A stretch of 32,000 nucleotides of DNA from Halomicrobium mukohataei DSM 12286 (GTDB taxonomy: Archaea; Halobacteriota; Halobacteria; Halobacteriales; Haloarculaceae), in NCBI RefSeq assembly GCF_000023965.1, contig NC_013202.1, positions 30,001-62,000 of the forward strand. Reading direction: 5' to 3'. A program made the position numbers and the translations under genes. The notes under the pieces are model-generated. The model saw only the letters and a program-made list of their open reading frames with translations, searched no databases and was not told the origin of the DNA. Below, piece by piece: positions 16,154 through 24,327 of the stretch (its first letter is position 1; each line of letters begins with the position of its first letter).

Positions 16154-18040
16154 CTACTGGTTGGCCGTCGACAGCTCGTCGACGATGTCGACGGGCGTGA
16201 CGGTCTCGCCGTCGCGCTCATCGTCGTGGAGGATCGGCGATTCGAACTCGCTTGGGAGGTTCCAGGCGTTCTTGGCGTCCCAGCTGTTGAAGATCCAGTC
16301 GAAGTGGAAGTACGGGTACGAGTGGTCGTAGGAGGCCCACCCCTGGAGCCCGACGACGAAGTCGCCGTTGGAGTAGTCACTCCCCCAGTACGTGGAGTTG
16401 TCGAGCATGACTGACTCGGCCTCGATGCCGAAGTCCTTGAGGTTCGAGACGATCGTCTCGACGCCGGTCACCCAGTCCGAGAAGCCCGACGGCCCCTTGA
16501 TCGGGAGTTCGAGGGGCTCGCCGTCCTTCTGCCAGGTGCCGTTCTGTTTCTCGTAGCCGGCGTCGCGAAGCAGCGACGCGGCCGCTTCGGTCTGGGACTC
16601 GCCCGGGCCGTAGGTCTCGAACTCGTCTGCGACGCCGTCGAGCCAGCCGCCCTCGATCTGGTCGTTGAACTCGCCGGTCAGTCCGCTGGGGTAGGTGACC
16701 GCGAGCTTGGACTGGGTGCCCGCACCGGAGTTGAGCGCCGCGTTCTCGCGGTTGACGACGTGGGCGATCGCTTTGCGGACCCGAACGTCGTCGACGGGCT
16801 CTTCCTCGAAGTTGAACATCAGCCCCATCCCCCAGTGACGCGGGATGAGACTGACCTGCATCGAGTCGGGCAGCTGGTTGAGCCGGTTCTGGGGCATGAA
16901 CAGCGTCGCGGACCCGTCGGTCTCGTTGTTGATCAGCGAGTTCCAGCGCCCCTGGTTCTGTGGCTTGTAGAGGTACTCGGCCTCGGGGACGTTGATGTTG
17001 TCCGCGTCCGGGTGGTCCTCGTACTTGGTCAGCAGCGTGCGCTGGCTGTCGGCGTCCTCGAACTGGAAGGGGCCACAGCCGACCGGTTCGGGGGTCGTGT
17101 CGTTGGTGAGATCGCTGAGCGCCGACGCGCGCTCGTCCTCGCCGGCGGCCTCGTCGAGTGCGGTGACGAACTCCCCGTAGGAGCCGTCGTGGGCGGTGAG
17201 CCGCTTTGGCTGGAGGTACGCCAGCAGGATCGTCTCGCTGGCGGGTTCGGCCAGCGTGATCTCGACCGTCGACTCGTCGACCGCCGTGACCCGGTCCGAC
17301 ACCGCGCCCACGTCCTCGGGCGCGACGAAGTTACCCAGCGAACCGCCGTTGTAGATGTCGAGTTTGACCTGGTTGGCCACGTCCGTCGCGGTGACGGCGT
17401 CGCCGTTGTGCCAGGTCAGCCCCTCGCGGACGGTGAGCGAGACCGTCTCCTCGCCGACCTCCCAGTCCTGGATGGCGTAGCCGGTGTACTCCTGGGTCGC
17501 GAGGTTGTACTTCATGAACCGATCGAACATCAGACGACGGGCTTCGCCGTAGTTTTGCCCGTTCCAGGGGTTGTACTGTGAGTCCTGGGGAACGGCCCAC
17601 TGTGCGAAGGTCAGTCGGTCGTCGTCGGAGTCGTCCGTCGCCGTCCACTGTCCCTCCCGCGGGAGCCACTCTGTGGGCCAGTAGGTCTGGACCGCATCGC
17701 TGTCGGTCCCGGGCACGTTCCAGTCGTCGGTCGACTGGAACGACTGGGCGAGTTTCTCCATGACCGGCAACACCGGGAGCGTCTGGTTCGTGATGTAGGC
17801 CAGCTCCTGAATCTTGCGCTGGGCCTCGCTAGTGGCCTGGACCTCCGTTTCGGTCTCGGTGTCAGTATCGCCCGCGTCGGTCTCGTCGCCGCCGTCGCCG
17901 GACGTCTCGGTCGCCGTCTGCTCGGCCTGCTGTCCGCCACAGCCCGCGAGGCCGGCGATGCCGGCCAGGCTGACGCCGCTGACGAAACGGCGGCGAGATA
18001 GTATCGACTGGTGCTCGTGATCGGTATGATTATTCGCCAT
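16154..18040 (-). CDS. ABC transporter substrate-binding protein, family 5 (Opp/Dpp type), Tat lipoprotein
   Basis: 628 aa. The N-terminus carries a twin-arginine motif and lipobox (SRRRFVSGVSLAGIAGLAGC), followed by a Thr/Asp/Glu-rich linker and the SBP_bac_5-like body. Confidence 0.85.
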   Translation of the reverse strand: MANNHTDHEHQSILSRRRFVSGVSLAGIAGLAGCGGQQAEQTATETSGDGGDETDAGDTDTETETEVQATSEAQRKIQELAYITNQTLPVLPVMEKLAQSFQSTDDWNVPGTDSDAVQTYWPTEWLPREGQWTATDDSDDDRLTFAQWAVPQDSQYNPWNGQNYGEARRLMFDRFMKYNLATQEYTGYAIQDWEVGEETVSLTVREGLTWHNGDAVTATDVANQVKLDIYNGGSLGNFVAPEDVGAVSDRVTAVDESTVEITLAEPASETILLAYLQPKRLTAHDGSYGEFVTALDEAAGEDERASALSDLTNDTTPEPVGCGPFQFEDADSQRTLLTKYEDHPDADNINVPEAEYLYKPQNQGRWNSLINNETDGSATLFMPQNRLNQLPDSMQVSLIPRHWGMGLMFNFEEEPVDDVRVRKAIAHVVNRENAALNSGAGTQSKLAVTYPSGLTGEFNDQIEGGWLDGVADEFETYGPGESQTEAAASLLRDAGYEKQNGTWQKDGEPLELPIKGPSGFSDWVTGVETIVSNLKDFGIEAESVMLDNSTYWGSDYSNGDFVVGLQGWASYDHSYPYFHFDWIFNSWDAKNAWNLPSEFESPILHDDERDGETVTPVDIVDELSTANQ

Positions 18041-18069
18041 GTTCGTCTACTGCTGTGGGACACCCTCGC

Positions 18070-18079
18070 AATAAAAATT
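18070..18079 (-). promoter_or_regulatory. TATA-like box (AATTTTTATT on minus strand) for the ABC importer operon
   Basis: The strongest AT-rich block in the divergent spacer, centred about 35 nt upstream of the SBP ATG at 18040. Confidence 0.35.
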
Positions 18080-18313
18080 CCGGTAGAATAGCTTCTTCGG
18101 GATTCTCGCAGAACTTAAGTGGGAGTCTCGCTTCGTCGTTCGTGAACGAAAGCAGGCGAGCCGCCTGCACGTCGTCGAACATCGACCCACGATGACACAG
18201 CACAGCACGCACCGGCCGAGAACGGCCACGAGATCGCCCGACGCGGCGACGGCACCGACTCGACCGGTTCAGCGACGAGGCACGACCGAGCGACCAACTG
18301 GACGGAGCCACAC

Positions 18314-18369
18314 GGACGAACCTCGCGTTCGTCCCCCCGTCGAGGCTGTCGAACGAACGCTTCGTTCGA
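18314..18369. promoter_or_regulatory. Two adjacent related palindromes upstream of the first alpha-glucosidase gene
   Basis: GGACGAAC-CTCGC-GTTCGTCC (18314..18334) and TCGAACGAA-CGC-TTCGTTCGA (18349..18369). Both arms are perfect and both are built on ACGAA/TTCGT. They lie 47-102 bp upstream of GTG 18416. Confidence 0.4.
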
Positions 18370-18415
18370 GACGCACAGACAGCCACGACCTACGGACTGG
18401 CCGCCGCGCCGGTGA

Positions 18416-20194
18416 GTGGCGGTGAGCGAGACAGTCGAGCGGACGCGATCCGACCGCCAGTGGTGGGAAGAGGCCGTCGTCTACCAGATCTACCCGAAGA
18501 GTTTCTTCGACAGCGACGGCGACGGGATCGGTGACCTCGCGGGCATCACCGAGAAGGTCGACTACCTCGACGCGCTCGGGGTCGACGCGGTCTGGCTCTG
18601 TCCCGTCTACGACTCGCCACAGGCCGACAACGGCTACGACATCCGCGACTACCGGTCGATCTTCGACACCTACGGCGACATGGCCGACTGGGAGCGCCTG
18701 CTGGCCGAACTCCACGACCGAAATATTCGGCTGGTCATGGACCTCGTCGTCAACCATACATCGGCCGAACACGAGTGGTTCCAGCACTCGCGCCGTGGCG
18801 AGAGCGAGTACGCCGACTACTACCACTGGCGCGACGGCCGCCCGGCTGAGACGGCCGACTACGACACCGACGACGGTCCCGCCGACGAGGTCGCCCCCAA
18901 CAACTGGGACTCGATCTTCGGCGGCCCGGCGTGGGCCTACGACGAGGAGCGCGGACAGTGGTACCTCCACCTCTTCGACGAGAGCCAGCCGGACCTCAAC
19001 TGGGAGAACGAGGCCGTCCGCGAGGACGTGTACGAGATGATGCGCTGGTGGCTCGACCGCGGGATCGACGGCTTCCGCATGGACGTAATCAACCTCGTCT
19101 CGAAGACGCCGGGGCTCCCCGACGGCGACCCGGAGAGTGGGCTCGTCGGTGCAGAGCACTTCATGAACGGGCCCAAAGTCCACGATTACCTCTCGGAGCT
19201 GGTCGCCGAAGCCATCCCGGACGACGAGATCCTCACCGTCGGCGAGACGCCGGGAGCGGGCGTCGAGGACGCCCAGCGGTTCGTCGGCGAGGACGGCCTC
19301 TCGATGGTGTTCCAGTTCGAACACGTCAACGTCGGCCACGAGGGCGACAAGTGGTCGCTGGAGGACTACTCGCTGGTCGAACTCAAAGAGAGTCTCGCAC
19401 GCTGGCAGAACGGTCTGGCCGACGAGGGGTGGAACAGCCTCTACCTGAGCAACCACGACCAGCCACGGACCGTCTCCCGGTTCGGCGACGACGGGCGGTA
19501 CCGTCGCCGCTCCGCGAAGCTGTTCGGGACGCTGCTGTACACCCTCCAGGGAACGCCGTTCGTCTACCAGGGCCAGGAGATCGGCATGACCAACGCCCCC
19601 TTCGAGTCGAAGTCAGAGCTGCGGGACGTGGAGTCGATCAACTTCGTCGAGGAAGCCATCGAGAGCGGCGCGGCCGAGAGCTACGAGGACGTACGCGACG
19701 CCGTCGAGACCGTCGGCCGCGACAACGCCCGGACGCCGATGCAGTGGTCCGACGACGAGAACGCCGGCTTCACCGACGGCGAGCCCTGGCTCAAGGTCAA
19801 CCCCAACTACGACGCGATCAACGTCGAGCGGGCACGCGCCGACCCCGATTCGGTGTGGCACTACTACCGCGAACTCGGCGATCTTCGGGGGAATCGGGAC
19901 CTGCTGGTCTACGGCGACTTCGAGCTGCTCGCGCCCGGGGACGAGCAGGTGTTCGCCTACACCCGGACGCTGGGCGACGAACGGGCCCTCGTTGTCCTCA
20001 ACGTCTCCGCCGAGCCCGCGACGTTCGCGGTGCCCGACGACGCTGGCGACGACCTCGAACTCGCCATTGGGAACCTGAACGCCCTCGAAACGCCCGGCAG
20101 CACCGTCGAACTCGATCCCTACGAGGCGCGCGTCTATCTGACGCCCGCGACCGACACTGACCGACCGACGACCACGAACTCCGATTCGACATGA
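18416..20194 (+). CDS. GH13 alpha-glucosidase / oligo-1,6-glucosidase-like (paralogue 1)
   Basis: 592 aa with the GH13 conserved regions DLVVNHTS, GIDGFRMDV, TVGE and NHDQPR. The start is GTG 18416 or GTG 18422. Its stop overlaps the next start (ATGA). Confidence 0.9.
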   Translation: MAVSETVERTRSDRQWWEEAVVYQIYPKSFFDSDGDGIGDLAGITEKVDYLDALGVDAVWLCPVYDSPQADNGYDIRDYRSIFDTYGDMADWERLLAELHDRNIRLVMDLVVNHTSAEHEWFQHSRRGESEYADYYHWRDGRPAETADYDTDDGPADEVAPNNWDSIFGGPAWAYDEERGQWYLHLFDESQPDLNWENEAVREDVYEMMRWWLDRGIDGFRMDVINLVSKTPGLPDGDPESGLVGAEHFMNGPKVHDYLSELVAEAIPDDEILTVGETPGAGVEDAQRFVGEDGLSMVFQFEHVNVGHEGDKWSLEDYSLVELKESLARWQNGLADEGWNSLYLSNHDQPRTVSRFGDDGRYRRRSAKLFGTLLYTLQGTPFVYQGQEIGMTNAPFESKSELRDVESINFVEEAIESGAAESYEDVRDAVETVGRDNARTPMQWSDDENAGFTDGEPWLKVNPNYDAINVERARADPDSVWHYYRELGDLRGNRDLLVYGDFELLAPGDEQVFAYTRTLGDERALVVLNVSAEPATFAVPDDAGDDLELAIGNLNALETPGSTVELDPYEARVYLTPATDTDRPTTTNSDST

Positions 20195-21924
20195 GCACGA
20201 ACACACTCACGACCCTAGAGAACGTCGACCGCGAATGGTGGAAAGAGGCCGTCGTCTACCAGATCTATCCACGAAGCTTCAGCGACACCGACGGGGACGG
20301 CGTGGGCGACTTACAGGGTATCGTCGACAAGGTCGACTACATCGACTCGCTGGGCGTCGATCTCGTCTGGCTCTGCCCGGTCTATGGCTCGCCCAACGAG
20401 GACAACGGCTACGACATCAGCGACTACCACGCGATCATGGACGAGTTCGGCGACATGGCCGACTGGGAGCGCCTGCTCGACGAGCTCCACGACCGAGATA
20501 TTCGGCTGATCATGGACCTCGTCCTGAACCATACCTCGAGCGAACACGAGTGGTTCCAGCGCTCGCGCCGTGGCGAGGGCGAGTACGCCGATTACTACTA
20601 CTGGCGCGACGGCCGCCCAGCCACCGACGCCGACTACGACACCGACGACGGCCCCGCCGACGAGGTCGCCCCCAACAACTGGGACTCGATCTTCGGCGGG
20701 CCCGCCTGGAGCTACGTCGAGGAGCGCGAGCAGTGGTACCTCCACCTCTTCGACGAGAACCAGCCGGACCTCAACTGGCGAAACCCGACCGTCCGTCAGG
20801 CGATGAAAGACGTGGTCTCGTGGTGGCTCGACCGCGGGATCGACGGCTTCCGCATGGACGCCGTGTCCCACATGTCCAAGACCGACGGCCTCCCGGACGG
20901 CGATCCCGAGGGCACGCCCACCGGGATCGAACACTTCAGTCACGGCCCGCGGCTGGAGGAGTACCTGACCGAGTTGTCGGCGGACGTGCTCTCGGACCAC
21001 GACATCACGACCGTCGCGGAGATGGGCCACACCTTGATCGAACAGGCCGCCGACTACCTCGACGACGAGGCCATCGGGCTGGACATGATATTCCAGTTCA
21101 GCCACATGGGCGTCGACGGCGGCTGGGACCCCGAGACCGTCGGCGAGTGGGACCTCCCCGAGTTCAAACGGATCATGTCCGAGCGCCAGGACGCGCTCGC
21201 GGACCGTGGCTGGGACGCCCTCTTCCTGGGCAACCACGACCAGCCCCGGATCGTCTCTCGCTTTGGGGACGAAGCCTACCACCGCGAGTCGGCCTCGCTG
21301 ATCGGGACCTTCCTGTTGACGATGCGAGGGACCCCCTACGTCTACCAGGGCGAGGAGATCGGCATGACTAACGCGGACTTCGAGAGCCTCGACGAGATCG
21401 ACGACCCACAGACGGTCGGTCGCGTCGAACAGTACATCGCCGACGGCGTCGCGGACTCCTACGAGGAGCTTCGCGAGGTCGTCAACGCACGGAGTCGCGA
21501 TCACGCCCGGACGCCGATGCAGTGGTCCGACGAGCCAGGTGCCGGCTTCACCGACGGCGAGCCCTGGCTCAAGTGCAACGCCGACTACACCGAGATCAAC
21601 GTCGCCGCCCAGCGAGACGATCCGGCGTCGGTACTGAACCAGTACCGACGACTGATCGACCTCCGCCAGTCGACGGACGTGCTTGTCTACGGCGACTACG
21701 AACTGCTCGCGCCCGAGGACGACCAGCTGTATGCCTACACGCGCACCCTCGACGACGAACGGGCACTCGTGGTGCTGAACTGGTCGAGCGAGCCGGCGAC
21801 GTTCGAGGGCAGCGAGATCGAGGTCGACGATCCGACAGTACTGTACGGGAACTACGACGACGCGCCGACCGAGCCCACCAATGTGTCGCTTCGGCCGTGG
21901 GAAGCAGTCGTCTACCGACTGTAG
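20191..21924 (+). CDS. GH13 alpha-glucosidase (paralogue 2)
   Basis: 577 aa with DLVLNHTS, GIDGFRMDA, TVAE and NHDQPR. The ATG at 20191 overlaps the upstream TGA. Confidence 0.9.
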   Translation: MSTNTLTTLENVDREWWKEAVVYQIYPRSFSDTDGDGVGDLQGIVDKVDYIDSLGVDLVWLCPVYGSPNEDNGYDISDYHAIMDEFGDMADWERLLDELHDRDIRLIMDLVLNHTSSEHEWFQRSRRGEGEYADYYYWRDGRPATDADYDTDDGPADEVAPNNWDSIFGGPAWSYVEEREQWYLHLFDENQPDLNWRNPTVRQAMKDVVSWWLDRGIDGFRMDAVSHMSKTDGLPDGDPEGTPTGIEHFSHGPRLEEYLTELSADVLSDHDITTVAEMGHTLIEQAADYLDDEAIGLDMIFQFSHMGVDGGWDPETVGEWDLPEFKRIMSERQDALADRGWDALFLGNHDQPRIVSRFGDEAYHRESASLIGTFLLTMRGTPYVYQGEEIGMTNADFESLDEIDDPQTVGRVEQYIADGVADSYEELREVVNARSRDHARTPMQWSDEPGAGFTDGEPWLKCNADYTEINVAAQRDDPASVLNQYRRLIDLRQSTDVLVYGDYELLAPEDDQLYAYTRTLDDERALVVLNWSSEPATFEGSEIEVDDPTVLYGNYDDAPTEPTNVSLRPWEAVVYRL

Positions 21925-22207
21925 GGCTCTGCACTTCGTCGCTCGGCTACGCCGCCCGTCTCAGTCCGTCGCCGATCGGACGGTTCGAACGCTCCCGTGA
22001 ACGGCGAGCGGCCAGTTCACACGATCGTTACCAGGCGGCGTGTGGGCGATGCCGACCAAGATTTCACAGAGACGTGTCCCCCCGTGAGCGCCGGGCACAC
22101 CGACAGCACCGACCGAATGGAGCAAGTACGTTCGATCTATGAAAGTATCTGGTAAGTTCGGTACAGCTACACACGATAAGTACACGAGTGCCACCAAACA
22201 GCACCCA

Positions 22208-22231
22208 ATTCCACAGCTGGGTCTGTGGAAT
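22208..22231. promoter_or_regulatory. Perfect 9-6-9 palindrome ATTCCACAG-CTGGGT-CTGTGGAAT just upstream of a TATA-like CTTAAGT (22243..22249)
   Basis: Both 9-bp arms are exact reverse complements. The palindrome lies 43-66 bp upstream of ATG 22274 of the HTH protein gene. Confidence 0.4.
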
Positions 22232-22273
22232 GATCGGAACAGCTTAAGTGATGGCTGTCGTACAGATTCACCG

Positions 22274-23047
22274 ATGGACGCTGATGGCACGACAGACACC
22301 GTAGTTGCCGACCCGGACGGAAGCGAGCCGTCGCAGCCGCGAGCACTGATTCACAAAAAGATACTCGACACCGCACAGTCGAATCCGACGGCGGCCACGG
22401 CAGAGATCGCCACAGAGGTCAGCGGTGCCTCGGTCGAACTCGTCGAACAGGTCCTCCAGGAGTACGGCGACCCGGCAGCGGAAGACGACCAGCCCGTCGA
22501 GAGCGACGATCAGGACACCGTCGACGACGAGACATCCGAACCGGAAGACGACGAGGTCGAACCACCTATCTCGGCCGAAACAGGCCCAGACGAGAAAGGA
22601 GAGGACGTCGACCTCACGGCACTGGACGAAAAGCAGCGCGAAACGCTGCGAGCGATCCACAGGCAACCGACGGCGACACAGGCAGAGATCGCCGACACAC
22701 TCGACGTGAGTCGTGCGACGATCCCCAAGCGCGTCAACGACATTCCGGGATTCGACTGGCCGTCGAGACAGGCGTTCGTCGAAGCGCTGTTCGAGACGGA
22801 CGCCGAGAGCGATGACGATCTCGCAGCGTTCGAGGAGTCGCTGACCGAATCCCTGGAGGAACTGACGGCGCGAATCGAGACGATCGAGACGCAGCTCCAG
22901 ACGACGACACCCGCAACGAACGTCGTTCACGTCGAACCGGGGTTGCTCCACAAGGTCGTCCACGCCTGTATGGACGCCGACTACATCTCTCGGGACGAGG
23001 AACTACAACTGCTGCACCGACTGCTATCGGACGCGGCAGACGACTGA
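22274..23047 (+). CDS. Highly acidic protein with two helix-turn-helix modules (putative transcriptional regulator)
   Basis: Track ORF 22139..23047, with internal ATG 22274 (MDADGTTD...) preferred. HTH-like segments are LIHKKILDTAQSNPTAATAEIATEVSGASVELVEQVL and QRETLRAIHRQPTATQAEIADTLDVSRATIPKRVNDIPGF. The upstream 45 codons have low GC3 and contain promoter-like elements. Confidence 0.65.
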   Translation: MDADGTTDTVVADPDGSEPSQPRALIHKKILDTAQSNPTAATAEIATEVSGASVELVEQVLQEYGDPAAEDDQPVESDDQDTVDDETSEPEDDEVEPPISAETGPDEKGEDVDLTALDEKQRETLRAIHRQPTATQAEIADTLDVSRATIPKRVNDIPGFDWPSRQAFVEALFETDAESDDDLAAFEESLTESLEELTARIETIETQLQTTTPATNVVHVEPGLLHKVVHACMDADYISRDEELQLLHRLLSDAADD

Positions 23048-23127
23048 TACGGACGGTTGTAGGCGTTTACCCAGTCGCCCGCACGACGGCGTGCGGTCGA
23101 TCTGGTAAAGACCTACAACTTTCCGTA
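23048..23127. repeat. 80-nt extended imperfect hairpin between convergent genes (MITE-like or bidirectional terminator)
   Basis: Sequence: TACGGACGGTTGTAGGCGTTTACCCAGTCGCCCGCACG-ACGG-CGTGCGGTCGATCTGGTAAAGACCTACAACTTTCCGTA. Hand folding pairs about 33 of 38 positions. It starts immediately after the stop at 23047 and is flanked by TA on both sides. Confidence 0.7.
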
Positions 23128-23189
23128 TGAAACGATACTCAGCGTCCCGAAGACCACCACCGGGGCGGCGAATTCTCACCCCGATCGTA

Positions 23190-24239
23190 TCAGGACCGGC
23201 GTCGCATCGTCAGGCTACCGACGACACCGGCAAGCAGCGCTGCGAAGACGAGCTTCGAGAAGCTCCCGCCCTCTCCGGTCGTCGGACTCGGAGTGACAGC
23301 GTCCGATGCAGTCGGCTCCGTCGTCGCGGTTTCCGACGGCGTGGTCGCCGTGTCCGGCGTCCGGGTCGAGCGCTCCGTCGTCGATACCGGCGTCGCCGTC
23401 CGGTTCGACGACGGCGTCGCCGTCACCGTCGGCGAGGCAGTGGCGTTCGTCCGCGTCGCCATCGGCGTCGCCGTCTCAGTCGCGGTCGAGACCTGACCAC
23501 CGCCACCACCAGCACCGGACTTCGTCGTCGTCGGCGACTCGGTCACCGAGATGGTCGTCGTCTCACTGATCCCGACCAGTTCGTTGTGGTCGAACGCCGT
23601 GGCACCCGTTTCGGCACGGCTGACGACCCGATACGTGCCCTCGTCGAGCGTTCCAGCGGGGATCGTCGCGGTGTATCGCTGTCCGTCCGCTCTGCTCGCG
23701 GTAACGTCGTGTTCCTCCGAGCCGTCCCAGAGCGTCAGGACGATCTGCTCGAACTCGGCGTCCTCGTGGATAGCGTCGGCCGTGATCGAGACCTCCGTCT
23801 CCGTACCGGCCGTCGTTTCGTCGGGAACGTCCTGTGAGAGATCGTAGCCTCGAACGACCAGCGGCATGGCCGCGACGGTGCTGTCCTGTTTGATCGTGAC
23901 CGCGTACGTCCCCGGATCGAGCGTGCCGAGATCGAGCGGCACTTCGCCGGTGCCCGAGCCAGCGTTAGACTGCCGAATGCTCTCCCCTTTGTCGACGACG
24001 TAGACCACGTAGTCCGCGTCCTCGGGCGCACTCGCAGTGGCGATAAAGGTCGTTTCTGGGTCTGCGACGCCGGTCTGTGAGATCTCGAACGTATCGCCGT
24101 CGTAAGAGACCTCCTGTGTCGGGATGTCGACACTGGCGTCTGCAGAGAGCGAGTAGTCAGCGGTCGATTGCGCACCGAGTACACCGGCACCGAGGAGGGC
24201 ACCGAGCACTACGCTGCACAGTAGGAACCAACGACGCAT
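23190..24239 (-). CDS. Secreted Thr-rich surface protein with degenerate PGF-CTERM-like anchor
   Basis: Track ORF 23190..24371, with internal ATG 24239 giving MRRWFLLCSVVLGALLGAGVLGAQS (a signal peptide with an RR pair). It has a Thr/Pro/Ser-rich linker. The C-terminus is GEGGSFSKLVFAALLAGVVGSLTMRRRS. Confidence 0.75.
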   Translation of the reverse strand: MRRWFLLCSVVLGALLGAGVLGAQSTADYSLSADASVDIPTQEVSYDGDTFEISQTGVADPETTFIATASAPEDADYVVYVVDKGESIRQSNAGSGTGEVPLDLGTLDPGTYAVTIKQDSTVAAMPLVVRGYDLSQDVPDETTAGTETEVSITADAIHEDAEFEQIVLTLWDGSEEHDVTASRADGQRYTATIPAGTLDEGTYRVVSRAETGATAFDHNELVGISETTTISVTESPTTTKSGAGGGGGQVSTATETATPMATRTNATASPTVTATPSSNRTATPVSTTERSTRTPDTATTPSETATTEPTASDAVTPSPTTGEGGSFSKLVFAALLAGVVGSLTMRRRS

Positions 24240-24327
24240 TGGTTGGTAGTAACGACCGTCGATGAAATAGATACTGGATCTCGGGCGGATCAAACGGGAA
24301 GAGCGGACGAATCGAAGCGGGAGCGAG

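Noticed and set aside
18048-18062. TACT-N7-GACA between the TATA-like box and the SBP start, as a possible TrmB operator.
   Set aside because: It has two mismatches to the remembered TACT-N7-8-GAGT motif in the second half-site, which is too weak to call without a scoring matrix.
21982-21989. GGTTCGAA, a tRNA T-loop-like motif in the spacer after the second glucosidase gene. A similar TTCGAA motif lies at about 16250 inside the SBP gene.
   Set aside because: The flanking bases do not form a T-stem and no acceptor or anticodon arms can be drawn. The second motif lies inside a well-supported CDS.
21961-22299. A 112-aa Cys-containing ORF on the minus strand in the low-GC spacer.
   Set aside because: Its third-position GC is clearly lower than in real genes here, and it has no recognisable motif. 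It overlaps the palindrome, TATA-like box and start of the HTH gene.
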